IMG/VR virus record: IMGVR_UViG_2563366756_000009
Span: 1-64,000 of that record
Origin: a virus
Taxonomy: Duplodnaviria > Caudoviricetes
DNA length: 64,000 bases
Reading direction: 5' to 3' (one strand)
Made by a program: the position numbers and the translations under genes. The notes below the pieces were generated by a model. It saw only the letters and a list, made by a program, of their open reading frames with translations. It did not search any database and was not told the DNA's origin. Each line of letters starts with the position of its first letter. The first letter of the stretch is position 1. Positions 19,244 through 28,941 of the stretch are shown in pieces.

Positions 19244-19820
19244 TCTTGTCATTGACGATGTTGATTTCACCGCCGCAATGGAGCGCTATCACGCGCTGCT
19301 GCGCGACGCATCGCCTCTCATGGGCATCATCGCGCAGGAGATGCATGAGGCCGTGGAAACCAATTTTGCCGCGCAAGGGCGCCCCAAATGGCTGGGCCTG
19401 AGCCCGAAGACCTTGCGCAACCGCCGTGAAGCGGCTGGCTCGGGCAAAATCCTGCAACTGAGCGGCCGACTCGCAGCAAGCATTGTGCCGCGCCATGACG
19501 CCACCACCGCACGCGTAGGCACGAACGTCGTGTACGCGGCAATTCACCAGTTCGGCGGCTCGATCGAGCGGCATCCGATGTCGGGTTATGTGCGCTTGCG
19601 CAAAGATCGCAATGGTGCGCTACTGCGCCAGCAAGGTCACAAGCACTTGGCAGTTTTCGCCAAGGACAGCCACAAGCGTGTCAAGGTGGTGAAGTGGACG
19701 CGCAGCCAGGGCTGGACGATCAAGATTCCGGCTCGCCCGTTTTTGGTACTCACCGAATCGGACTGCCTCGGCATCGAAGGCACGGTATCGGACTTCCTGC
19801 GGCGACTATTCGACCACTGA
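19236..19820 (+). CDS. Virion morphogenesis protein (Mu gpG)
   Basis: GTNVVYAAIHQFGG...IPARPFL. Confidence 0.9.
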   Translation: MRDLVIDDVDFTAAMERYHALLRDASPLMGIIAQEMHEAVETNFAAQGRPKWLGLSPKTLRNRREAAGSGKILQLSGRLAASIVPRHDATTARVGTNVVYAAIHQFGGSIERHPMSGYVRLRKDRNGALLRQQGHKHLAVFAKDSHKRVKVVKWTRSQGWTIKIPARPFLVLTESDCLGIEGTVSDFLRRLFDH

Positions 19821-20091
19821 GGCCAAAATTGGCCCGCGCGCAACATCGGCGTTCTGAGCCGATGAGGGAAGCCGGGTAGGCGCAGGTATCACCTCACTCG
19901 CGCCATCGGCGCTATCGTGTTCAACCCCCCTGTCAAAATCGATTTTGTATTTCATTCTCCCATGCGTGCGGCGCAGTTCTCTGCGAAAGCCTGCGTGATC
20001 GCAAAGATCATTGGCGCGCCGAGCACTAGCAAGCACACCCGCTGACAGTCCCCCACAGGCGTCAAGCCGCCTATGCCGCCACGATAGCGGC

Positions 20092-21177
20092 ATGGCAAAA
20101 CACCTCCTCGCCTCCCTATCGTTAGAGATTCGCCCCGGTTCCGGCACGCTGCAATTGCTGCCAGCGGGCGAGTTTCGCGCCAACGATGGTCGCCCCACTG
20201 AGTGCGACGCCTGGCGCGTGACTCCCCAAGGAGCGCAGCGCCTCGTCGCTGCGTTCGCCACCCGGAAGAAGCCGATGGTGCTCGATTACGAACACCAGAC
20301 CCTGTCGGCCGCCACCAGCGGCATACAAGCACCGGCCGCCGCTTGGATCAAAGCGGTGGAGTGGCGCGAGGGCGAGGGCCTCTTTGCGACTGACGTGGAC
20401 TGGACCGCACGCGGTGGTCAGTACGTCGAGGCTAAGGAATACCGCTTCATCTCCCCGGTGTTCACCTACGACGCCGACGGCAACGTGCTGCAACTCATCA
20501 ACGCGGCGCTGACCAACAACCCGGCACTCGACGACCTGAGCGAAGTCATGCTCGCGGCCGCGAGCCGTCTGGCCGACACCGCGTCGCCCCCTCACCCCCC
20601 GACATCCCCTGAGAAGGAGTCTCACATGAAAGCACTGTTGGCCGCGCTGCGGCTGCTATTGAAACTGCCGGAAACGGCTACCGAAGAGCAGGCGGTGGCC
20701 GCGCTCAATGCGCTCGCGGGCAAGGTGGGCGCTACGGCTGCGGCAAGCGTCGATCTGGCCGAACTGCTAGACGAGCGCGACACGCGTATCGCAGCACTCA
20801 CGAGCGCCGTGCCTGATCCGGCCAAGTACGTGCCCATCGAGACGATGACCGGGCTGCGTCAGCAGATCGCCGTACTGACTCATCAGTCGCAGCAGGGCCA
20901 ACTTGAGACCGTCATCACGGCCGCACTCTCGGACGGACGCTTGCTCCCGGCACAAGAGTCGTGGGCGCGCGATCTGGGCAAAGCGAACTTCGGGCAACTG
21001 ACGCAATACCTGCAAACGGCCGAGCCGATTGCAGCACTGCGCACCACGCAAACGGGCGGTCGTGAACCCGGCGGTGGTGAGCGCACGGCCGCGATGGACG
21101 ACACCTCGCTGGCCGTGTGCCGCCAACTCGGTCTGACGGCCGATGTGTTCAACAAGGCCAAAGGAGATGCGAAATGA
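20092..21177 (+). CDS. Prohead protease I with internal in-frame scaffold (Z) start at 20626
   Basis: LDYEHQT, EYRFISPVF, AALTNNPAL; AAGGAG RBS before in-frame ATG 20626, as in Mu I/Z. Confidence 0.9.
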   Translation: MAKHLLASLSLEIRPGSGTLQLLPAGEFRANDGRPTECDAWRVTPQGAQRLVAAFATRKKPMVLDYEHQTLSAATSGIQAPAAAWIKAVEWREGEGLFATDVDWTARGGQYVEAKEYRFISPVFTYDADGNVLQLINAALTNNPALDDLSEVMLAAASRLADTASPPHPPTSPEKESHMKALLAALRLLLKLPETATEEQAVAALNALAGKVGATAAASVDLAELLDERDTRIAALTSAVPDPAKYVPIETMTGLRQQIAVLTHQSQQGQLETVITAALSDGRLLPAQESWARDLGKANFGQLTQYLQTAEPIAALRTTQTGGREPGGGERTAAMDDTSLAVCRQLGLTADVFNKAKGDAK

Positions 21178-21578
21178 CCGCAACGGCACAGGATCGCAAC
21201 ACCCCGCTCAAGGATCTTGAACTCGTCGGCGTGCCGGTCAAGGCGGGCACGGTCATCCGCGCGGGCGTCATCGTGTGCGCGGATGCAACTGGCTACGCCA
21301 TTGAGGGCAAGACGGCCGCCGACCTGACGTACCTTGGGCGCGCGGATTGCTTCGTGGATAACACCAAGGGTGCGGATGGCGCGACCGTCGTCCTCGTGCG
21401 TCGCGGCAAAGCGTTCAAGTGGGCCAATGAGCCGACCGACCCAGTAAAACAACCGCTGCTCGGCAAGCGCTGTTTTCTGGTGGACAACCAGACGGTGGCT
21501 GCGACCGACGGCGGTGGCAAGCGCTCGAAGGTGGGCGCGGTGGCCGGTATCGACGCCGACGGCGTTTGGGTCTTCTAA
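21174..21578 (+). CDS. Head decoration-like protein
   Basis: 134 aa beta-rich ORF between protease and capsid. Confidence 0.7.
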   Translation: MTATAQDRNTPLKDLELVGVPVKAGTVIRAGVIVCADATGYAIEGKTAADLTYLGRADCFVDNTKGADGATVVLVRRGKAFKWANEPTDPVKQPLLGKRCFLVDNQTVAATDGGGKRSKVGAVAGIDADGVWVF

Positions 21579-21607
21579 CTCAGTATCACGACAGGGAGTC
21601 AAGCGAG

Positions 21608-22516
21608 ATGCTTGTCAACGCACAATCGATCAATCAGATCTTTATCGGTCTGAATGCCCATTTCAACAACGCTTTTGATGCGGCGCCGAGCACGTGGGAG
21701 CAAATCGCGATGCGCGTGCCATCGACCGGGCGCGAGGAGCTGTATGCCTGGCTCGACCGCTTCCCGCAGATGCGCAAGTGGGTGGGCGAGAAGGCCGTCA
21801 AGGCACTCAAGGCGCACGGCTACACGGTGGTCAACGACGACTTCGAGGCTACCGTCGAGGTGGATCGCAACGACATCGACGACGATCGCCTGGGCATTTA
21901 CGCGCCGCAAGCGCAGAACGCAGGCTATTCGGCCAAGCAACTGCCCGACGAGATTATCTATGAACTGGTGAACAACGCATTCACCAAGAAGTGCTACGAC
22001 GGTCAGTATTTCTTCGACACCGATCACCCGGTTGGCGATGGCGTGATCTCGAACAAGTTCAACGTGCCGCTCACGATCGACGGGCAGGCGGCGGCGATCG
22101 CCACCTTCGGCAAGGTACGTACCGCGCTGCGCAAGGTCAAGGACGATGAGGGCCGACCGCTCAATATCTCGCCCAGCGTGCTGCTCGTGCCCCCGGCGCT
22201 GGAGGATATCGGCAATGCGCTGATGACCAATGATCGCCTGAACGACGGCAAACCCAACCCGTACAAGGGCACCGCCAGGGTGGTGTGCGACGCACGCCTG
22301 CTCTCGGACACCGCTTGGTTCCTGCTTGATACGAGCAAGCCGGTTAAGCCCTTCGTGTACCAGGAGCGCAAGGCCCCGGTGTTCGTGCAGCAAGTCGACC
22401 CGCAGGCCGAAGACGTGTTCATGCGCAAGAAATTCAAGTTCGGTGCGGAAGCGCGCGCCGCTGGTGGTTTTGGCTTCTGGCAACTGGCCGCTGGCTCGAC
22501 CGGTGACGGCAAGTAA
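21608..22516 (+). CDS. Major capsid protein (Mu gpT)
   Basis: FEATVEVDRNDIDDDRLG, YDGQYFFDTDHPV, GFGFWQLA. Confidence 0.95.
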   Translation: MLVNAQSINQIFIGLNAHFNNAFDAAPSTWEQIAMRVPSTGREELYAWLDRFPQMRKWVGEKAVKALKAHGYTVVNDDFEATVEVDRNDIDDDRLGIYAPQAQNAGYSAKQLPDEIIYELVNNAFTKKCYDGQYFFDTDHPVGDGVISNKFNVPLTIDGQAAAIATFGKVRTALRKVKDDEGRPLNISPSVLLVPPALEDIGNALMTNDRLNDGKPNPYKGTARVVCDARLLSDTAWFLLDTSKPVKPFVYQERKAPVFVQQVDPQAEDVFMRKKFKFGAEARAAGGFGFWQLAAGSTGDGK

Positions 22517-22546
22517 GTCCCCTCTATATAGATAGGCACGACAAAG

Positions 22547-23035
22547 ATGACCCTTCAGAAACATCCGGCCATTTCGGTGGCCGCCACCGCAGACACATTC
22601 CGTCGCGTGGGCCACGTATTCGGTCGCACGCCGCAGACATTGGTACTCGCAGCACTCTCGCCCGAGGCGTATCGCGCCATCACCGACGATCCGTCGCTTG
22701 TGGTGGTGCCTACGGCGATTGAGCTGAGTGCGGAGCGCGCCAAGGCACTCCCGTACCACGACGCCACCCACGTGCGCGACGCGCTCGCATCGGTCGGCAC
22801 CCTCACGCTGGATCTTGATGACGAGGACAAGCACCGCACGCTGGCCCTGGAAGCGCGTCAGGCCGAACTCGACGCGCAGTCGAAGTCATTGGACGAGCGC
22901 CAAGCGGAGTTGGACTCCCGCGAGCAGGCGCTTGATGCACGCGAAAAGGCGCTGACGCAGACGCAAGCGACCGACACTGCCAAGAAAGCCGACGCGGCAG
23001 GCAAGACCGACAAGCCCGAAAAAGCCGGGAAGTAA
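22547..23035 (+). CDS. Mu gp35 / HI1506-related protein
   Basis: FRRVGHVF...AITDDPSLVV; position after capsid. Confidence 0.75.
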   Translation: MTLQKHPAISVAATADTFRRVGHVFGRTPQTLVLAALSPEAYRAITDDPSLVVVPTAIELSAERAKALPYHDATHVRDALASVGTLTLDLDDEDKHRTLALEARQAELDAQSKSLDERQAELDSREQALDAREKALTQTQATDTAKKADAAGKTDKPEKAGK

Positions 23036-23040
23036 TCGCC

Positions 23041-23466
23041 ATGAGCTACGCGAGCCGCGAGGAGATGATCGAGCGCTTTGGTGAGCTTGAGGTGATCGCG
23101 CTCACCGACCGAGATTGTCAACGTCAGATTGATAACGGCGTGCTGGACTATGCGCTGGAAGACGCCAGTGCGGAGATGAACACCTATTTGGCTGCGCGTT
23201 ATCAATTGCCCGTCAAGACGCATGCTCGCTTTCTGGCGGGCCTGTGTTGCGACATCGTGCGCTATCGGCTCAGTGGTTCCTGCACGTGTGAAACCGATCC
23301 GGTACGTGTGCGTTACAAGGATGCAATCCGGTTTCTCGAACGCGTGGCTGATGGCGCGGCCACGTTGGGCCTAGACGTCACGGACACAGAGATTCAGGCG
23401 GAAAACACGGTGCAGTTTGATCTGGGCACGCGGATTTTCAGCGACTCGGATCGAGGTGGTTTCTGA
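23041..23466 (+). CDS. Head-tail adaptor (Mu gp36 / DUF1320)
   Basis: ASAEMNTYLAARYQLP...RYKDAIRFLE. Confidence 0.9.
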   Translation: MSYASREEMIERFGELEVIALTDRDCQRQIDNGVLDYALEDASAEMNTYLAARYQLPVKTHARFLAGLCCDIVRYRLSGSCTCETDPVRVRYKDAIRFLERVADGAATLGLDVTDTEIQAENTVQFDLGTRIFSDSDRGGF

Positions 23467-24158
23467 TGACTGAGCCCACCGCCGGGGCCTATGTGCCCAT
23501 CGTCACCGCTGTGGAACTGGCGATCGTCGACCGGCTCTCGCGAGGCCTCGGTCGTATGGTTAGGGAGGTCAAGACCTATGGCGGTGAGTTTGACGATGAG
23601 GAACTCGACCAAGTCGTGCGGCGCTTTCCGGCCGCGTGGGTGACCTTCGGTGGTGTCCCCCGCACCGGCGCTGAATCGCTTGCGCGCTCGAAGTACAAGG
23701 CCGAGGCAATCTTTGTGGTGATGGTGGGTGCGCGCAGCGTGCGCAGTGAGGCGGCGAGCCGCCACGGTGGCCCCGACCCGCGCGAGGTGGGCTCGAACCT
23801 GTTGATCTCGTGCGTGCGCCGTCTTCTGAATCAGCAGGACATGGGCCTGCCGATTCAGGCGCTGGTGCCGGGTGCGATTCGCACGGTGTTTAACACCAAG
23901 ACCCGCGCCGATGCGTTTTCCGTCTATGCGCTGGAGTTTCGCACCGCCTGGATGGAGTCGTCGTTGTTTCTCGGCACGTTCCCCGCAGAGGATTCGACGG
24001 CCCCGATCGATGACCTGTTCGCCCGGTACGGGGGGCAGATGGACCCGCCTAGCCCGGACTGGCAAGCGACGCTCATGCGCTACTACCTGCACCCCGACCA
24101 GAAGGGACCGCCCAATGCGTCGGATCGAGTACTGATGAGAGACAAGGAAAAATCATGA
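23466..24158 (+). CDS. Tail terminator-like (Mu gp37 / DUF1834)
   Basis: TYGGEFD...PAAWVTFGG; synteny. Confidence 0.85.
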   Translation: MTEPTAGAYVPIVTAVELAIVDRLSRGLGRMVREVKTYGGEFDDEELDQVVRRFPAAWVTFGGVPRTGAESLARSKYKAEAIFVVMVGARSVRSEAASRHGGPDPREVGSNLLISCVRRLLNQQDMGLPIQALVPGAIRTVFNTKTRADAFSVYALEFRTAWMESSLFLGTFPAEDSTAPIDDLFARYGGQMDPPSPDWQATLMRYYLHPDQKGPPNASDRVLMRDKEKS

Positions 24159-24367
24159 AAGTGATTGCACGAGACGGGCTCCGAGTGCCCAGGGAATTTG
24201 CCGCACGTGAGTACATCACCGACGCCCAGGCGCAGGACGTGCCCGATACGGCGTACTACCAGCGCCGCGTTGCGGAGGGCGATCTCATCGTCCGTGACGC
24301 AGTGCCTGCCGCGCCGGTAGATCCGAGCGCCGCACAGATTTCCAGTAAGCCTGCGAAAGGAGCCTGA
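24155..24367 (+). CDS. Mu gp38 / DUF2635 protein
   Basis: GLRVP...YYQRRVAEGDL. Confidence 0.85.
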   Translation: MKVIARDGLRVPREFAAREYITDAQAQDVPDTAYYQRRVAEGDLIVRDAVPAAPVDPSAAQISSKPAKGA

Positions 24368-24369
24368 GC

Positions 24370-25794
24370 ATGGCAAGCGAACACATTGCGTTTGACACGA
24401 TCCCGTCCGGGATCCGTAAGCCGGGCAAGCACTTCGAGTACAACACCAAGCTCGCGGTGCGCACACTGCCCACCAATGAGCAATCGGTGCTGATTGTCGG
24501 TCAGCGCACGGCCGATGGCACAGTCCCCAAGCTCACGCCGGTCGACGTGTTCTCCGGTGACCAAGCGGCAACGTGCTTTGGCGCAGGCTCACTCGCACAC
24601 ATCGCAGCGGTCGCGGCCATGACGGCCAACCGCTACGTGGCACTGACCGTCATCGCGCTCGACGACGATGCAGCAGGACAGCCCGCCCAGGCCACCGTGG
24701 AATTTACCGGGACGGCGACGACGCCCGGCGCATTTGCGCTCTATATCGGCAACACTCGCGTGAATGTTGCGGTCAATACCAGTGATACGCCTGCACAGGT
24801 CGCGGCGCGATTCGAGGCGCAACTCAAGCAGTTGCCAGCGTTGCCGGTCACGGCCAAAGCGACCGAGGCGAAGCTGGCGCTCACGGCCAAGAACAAGGGC
24901 GCAGCGGGTAACGGCATCGTGTTGTCGCAATTGGCGCAGGTCGCCGGGGTGACGGCCAAGATCACGGCGTTTGCCGGTGGCCTGAACGATCCGGATATCG
25001 CCCCGGCGCTCGCGGCAGTCTTCGGGGCCAAGTACAACCTGTACGTCACCTGCTGGCCGACTGAGACGTCGCTCACCAAACTGCGCACGCACCTGGATAG
25101 CATTTCCCACGCTATGGAGCAGCGTCCTGCTGTGGGTGTGGCGGGTACGCCCGGCACGCTGGCGGTGTCCACCACGCTCGCCGGAGCACTTAACGCTGGG
25201 CGTATCACCTTGGGCTGGTATTGCGGTTCGGTGAGCCTGCCCGCAGAGATTGCAGCAGCCTATGCGGCGACTATCGCAAGCGAAACGGATCCTGCGCGCC
25301 CACTCAATACGCTGCCGCTTGAGGGATTGGATGTCACGCCGGTGACGGCGCACCCAGGCCGCACCGAGCAGGAAAACGCTTTGCACAACGGAGTGACGCC
25401 CTTCGAAGTCGGCCCTGGCAACAAGGTGCAGATCGTGCGCTCGATCATGATGTACACCAAGGATGCGCAGGGCATGGATGATCCGTCATTGCTCGACATC
25501 ACCACGATCCGTTCGCTCGACTTCGCCCGTAAGGCGTGGCTACAGCGCGTGTCGTTGCGCTTTCCGCGCGAGAAGCTGGTGGCGAAGAAGACGCCGGACA
25601 AGGTGCGTAGCGAATTGCTCGATGTGGCCTACAAACTCGAAGAGCTGGAGATTCTGCAAAACGTGGACGAACACAAGAACCAGCTCATTTGCGAGTTGGA
25701 TGGGCAAAGCGTGGGGCAACTCAATGCGGCCTTGCCTGCGAACGTCGTGGCCGGACTTCACGTAATCGCCGGTCGCATCGACCTGATCCTGTAA
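24370..25794 (+). CDS. Tail sheath protein (Mu gpL)
   Basis: IRKPG.YFE, EQENALHNGVTP, TTIRSLD. Confidence 0.95.
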   Translation: MASEHIAFDTIPSGIRKPGKHFEYNTKLAVRTLPTNEQSVLIVGQRTADGTVPKLTPVDVFSGDQAATCFGAGSLAHIAAVAAMTANRYVALTVIALDDDAAGQPAQATVEFTGTATTPGAFALYIGNTRVNVAVNTSDTPAQVAARFEAQLKQLPALPVTAKATEAKLALTAKNKGAAGNGIVLSQLAQVAGVTAKITAFAGGLNDPDIAPALAAVFGAKYNLYVTCWPTETSLTKLRTHLDSISHAMEQRPAVGVAGTPGTLAVSTTLAGALNAGRITLGWYCGSVSLPAEIAAAYAATIASETDPARPLNTLPLEGLDVTPVTAHPGRTEQENALHNGVTPFEVGPGNKVQIVRSIMMYTKDAQGMDDPSLLDITTIRSLDFARKAWLQRVSLRFPREKLVAKKTPDKVRSELLDVAYKLEELEILQNVDEHKNQLICELDGQSVGQLNAALPANVVAGLHVIAGRIDLIL

Positions 25795-25819
25795 CGCGCG
25801 CACTCGATAGGAGCCAAAC

Positions 25820-26197
25820 ATGGCATTGGAAGAATACGTCGGCGCGATCGTGATCGAGGTCGACGGCAAAGAGGCCGAGGTGGTGAGCTTCTCGCCCACC
25901 TCGAAGACTGGCAAGAAGCCGGTCAAGACGATGAACCGCACGGGCCGCGTCAAGGGCTTTGCGCGTGGTATCGAAGAACACGAGCTGAAGGTGACGGTGG
26001 TGATCCCACTCTCGGCCGATGAGGTCGACTGGTGGCGCATGGAGGGCGGCAAGCTCACGCAATTCCCGGTATCCCAGGGCGGCAAGCGTGTGAGCTATTA
26101 CGACTGCGTGACGCTTGACTTGGGCGAGCAGTACAACGTGGATAACGAAGCGCGTCGAGACTTGACGCTGTTTTCGACCCGACGGGTGGAGGAATGA
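25820..26197 (+). CDS. Tail tube protein
   Basis: 125 aa directly after sheath. Confidence 0.8.
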   Translation: MALEEYVGAIVIEVDGKEAEVVSFSPTSKTGKKPVKTMNRTGRVKGFARGIEEHELKVTVVIPLSADEVDWWRMEGGKLTQFPVSQGGKRVSYYDCVTLDLGEQYNVDNEARRDLTLFSTRRVEE

Positions 26198-26589
26198 ACA
26201 TGACTGAAAGCGATTCGCTGGACTACGGCATTGAATATCCGGCTGGCAGCGGCCAGTTGCACTATGACTTCACGATTCGTCTGGCGACCGTAGAGGACAA
26301 CATCAACGCTTACGAGCATCCGTCGATCATCGGCGGTGGCGTGTCCAATATGCGCGTGAACGCGGCGCTCGTGGCGTCGTGCCTGGTGTCGCTGGGCACG
26401 ATTCCGAAAGAGGCAATCACGCCCGAGCTGATCGGCACGGCCGTCGACGGCGATTTTGACCGACTGTGGGCGGCGCAGGAGGTGCTCAAAAAAAAGCGCA
26501 AGCGCGTGAGCGCCACCTCGGCAACTTCCGGCGCGCCGTCCTCATCCTCGGCCCCTGCGGCTTCACCGAAGCCAGAATCCGCGAACTGA
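26194..26589 (+). CDS. Tail assembly chaperone; -1 frameshift product extends to 26714
   Basis: Between tube and tape measure; in-frame A AAA AAG slippery site. Confidence 0.8.
   Translation: MNMTESDSLDYGIEYPAGSGQLHYDFTIRLATVEDNINAYEHPSIIGGGVSNMRVNAALVASCLVSLGTIPKEAITPELIGTAVDGDFDRLWAAQEVLKKKRKRVSATSATSGAPSSSSAPAASPKPESAN
26488..26496 (+). other. Programmed -1 frameshift slippery site (A8G)
   Basis: CTC AAA AAA AAG; the -1 frame is open to 26714, 9 nt before the TMP start. Confidence 0.8.
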
Positions 26590-26723
26590 GCGAGCCCGAA
26601 CTGGATGCTTACCTGGGCGCCTATCTCGAGCTGCGCGGTGTCAGGGTGAATGAGAAGTCGGGCACCGGCCCCACCGTCAAGAGCTTGCGGCGCAAACCAC
26701 CCAAGCGGAAATAGGAAAGAGGC

Positions 26724-28940
26724 ATGTCACGGGATCTCGAAGTTGGCCTGACACTGCGCATGCGCGACGCCGCATCAGGCCCCACGCAGCAGGCCGAGCG
26801 CAATGTCCAGCGCAGCATCAAGGCGACCGAGCGCACCTACACCGATGCGTCTCGCGTCGAGATCACGTCCAGCCGTGCGCTATACACCCTGCGTGCGGGT
26901 GAATCGACCCGCAGCGAGCAGCAGATCCAGCGCAACGTCGTCCAGACCGAGGCGGCCTATGTGCGCTCAAACCGCAATGTGCTGATGGGCTCGCAGCGCC
27001 TGGCCGAGGCGCGCTCGGTGCTCGATGTGCGCTCCGAGCAGACGGTGCAACGTGAAATCAATCAGACCATCGCCGCTTACAACCGGCTCCAGCGCGCCGG
27101 GTTTGCTTCGGCCAATGAGCAGGCGCGCGCGTTTGTCGCGTTGCAGAAGAAGGTCGCCGACCTCAACAAAGAGCTGGGCAAGACGGTGGAGAAACAAGGT
27201 CTCCTCTCGCGGGGAGTGAGCGGCGTTCACCACATTGGCGAGGGTATTGCGGGAGCCTACGCTGGCTCTCGCGTTATTGCGGGGCCGGTGGACCGCACGA
27301 TGCAGTTCGATATGCGCATGGCCTTGATGGCGAACACGGCCTATCGCAACCTGACACCGAAAGAGCGCGTCAAGAAGACGGAGGAGCTGCGCCACGCGAT
27401 TTACCGGGCCGTGGGCGAAGGCGGAGGCACGTTGGAGCAAGCGGAAGAAGCGTTGGAAAAGCTGCTCTCTCACGACGTTTTCGGACATAAGGCGGCGTTT
27501 GAATTGCTGCCGCGTCTTCAGAAAGGCGCGATGGCCGAAGGCGCCGATTCTGTTGAGCTGGGCAACATTGCTGCGAGATCGGTGCAGAGTATGCGCATTC
27601 CTGAAAAGGATGCCGGGATCGTGACGGATATGGCCGCAGCGGGCGGTCACACGGGAGAGTTCAAGATCCGCGATTTGGCTCGCTACCTACCCGAGCAAAT
27701 GGCAGCAGCCGCCAACGCAGGCTTTTCCGGTCCGAAAGGGATCGCGACCATCATTGCCATGAACGAGGCCGCCATGACGACGGCGGGCACGACGGGACAG
27801 GCGGGCACCAACGTTCAGGACTTACTTCACCACCTGTCGAGCACGGATTTGGCGCACCGCGCCAAGCGTGCCGGGATCGCCAACTTCGACGAGGTCAAGA
27901 TCAAGACGCAGGAGCGAGGCGGCAACATGCTCGATGCGGTCGAGGCGATGACGCAGACGATTCTCGGGAAGAACCCAAAGTATCAAGAGGTCCAGCGCAA
28001 GTTGAAAACGGCCTCGCCCGGCGAGCGCAAGGAACTGCTCACCGATATGTCAAACCTGATCCAGGGCTCGGCCATCGGGAAGCTGTTCGGCAATCAACAG
28101 GCAGTGATGGCCTTGACCGCCTACATGACGCAAAAGGATAAGTACCGGGAAGCCTACAACGCTTCAATGAAGGAGTGGGACCGTGGCGGGGGCATGATTG
28201 CCAGCGACTTCGAGGTGGTCAAAGGCATGGACGGGTTCAAAGCGCAGCAGCTTAAGAATGAGGCGGAGATTGCCGAGATGGAAGCGCTTCGTGGCCTCAA
28301 CGAAAAGCTGGGCGACGCGGCGGGAAAGCTGGCGGACTACGCGAAGGAATACCCGGGTCTCGCGAAAGCGATCGCGGGCACGACACTGGCGTTCGAGGGG
28401 CTCACCGGTGTATTGACTGGCATCGGTCTGATGCGATTGGTGACGGGGGGCGGTGCCGCAGCAGCGGGCGCAGGCGCTGGAGTCGCTGCCGAGGCGGGGT
28501 TGTTTGCGCGCGGAGCAGGTCTTGCCCGGTGGGCCGGCCCTGTCGGGGCAATCGTGGCGGGCGTGGCAGAGGCGGCATCGGTCTATAACGACCCGTCAAA
28601 GACCGCTGACGAGAAGAAAGCGGGTTATGTAGGCGCGGCGGGGGCTGGACTGGGGACCTGGGCAGGTATTTCGGCGGGGGCGGCCGCAGGCGCGGCAATC
28701 GGATCCATTGTGCCTGGCATTGGCACTGCCGTCGGAGGCGTTGTCGGCGGGTTCGCCGGGGGTTATCTCGGTGGTGATTGGGGCGACAAGCTTGGCAAAA
28801 CCATCGGCGAAGCCATCTTTGCTCAGAAGAAGGACGAAAAGCCACCGGTCATCGAGAATCACGTTGTGTTCCACGTCGACGCGCACAACTTTCAGGAATT
28901 CATTGCCATGAGTTCTCAGCGCACGGCATTTAGGTATTGA
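26724..28940 (+). CDS. Tail tape measure protein
   Basis: 738 aa helical, Ala/Gly-rich hydrophobic C-terminus; position. Confidence 0.9.
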   Translation: MSRDLEVGLTLRMRDAASGPTQQAERNVQRSIKATERTYTDASRVEITSSRALYTLRAGESTRSEQQIQRNVVQTEAAYVRSNRNVLMGSQRLAEARSVLDVRSEQTVQREINQTIAAYNRLQRAGFASANEQARAFVALQKKVADLNKELGKTVEKQGLLSRGVSGVHHIGEGIAGAYAGSRVIAGPVDRTMQFDMRMALMANTAYRNLTPKERVKKTEELRHAIYRAVGEGGGTLEQAEEALEKLLSHDVFGHKAAFELLPRLQKGAMAEGADSVELGNIAARSVQSMRIPEKDAGIVTDMAAAGGHTGEFKIRDLARYLPEQMAAAANAGFSGPKGIATIIAMNEAAMTTAGTTGQAGTNVQDLLHHLSSTDLAHRAKRAGIANFDEVKIKTQERGGNMLDAVEAMTQTILGKNPKYQEVQRKLKTASPGERKELLTDMSNLIQGSAIGKLFGNQQAVMALTAYMTQKDKYREAYNASMKEWDRGGGMIASDFEVVKGMDGFKAQQLKNEAEIAEMEALRGLNEKLGDAAGKLADYAKEYPGLAKAIAGTTLAFEGLTGVLTGIGLMRLVTGGGAAAAGAGAGVAAEAGLFARGAGLARWAGPVGAIVAGVAEAASVYNDPSKTADEKKAGYVGAAGAGLGTWAGISAGAAAGAAIGSIVPGIGTAVGGVVGGFAGGYLGGDWGDKLGKTIGEAIFAQKKDEKPPVIENHVVFHVDAHNFQEFIAMSSQRTAFRY

Positions 28941-28941
28941 T

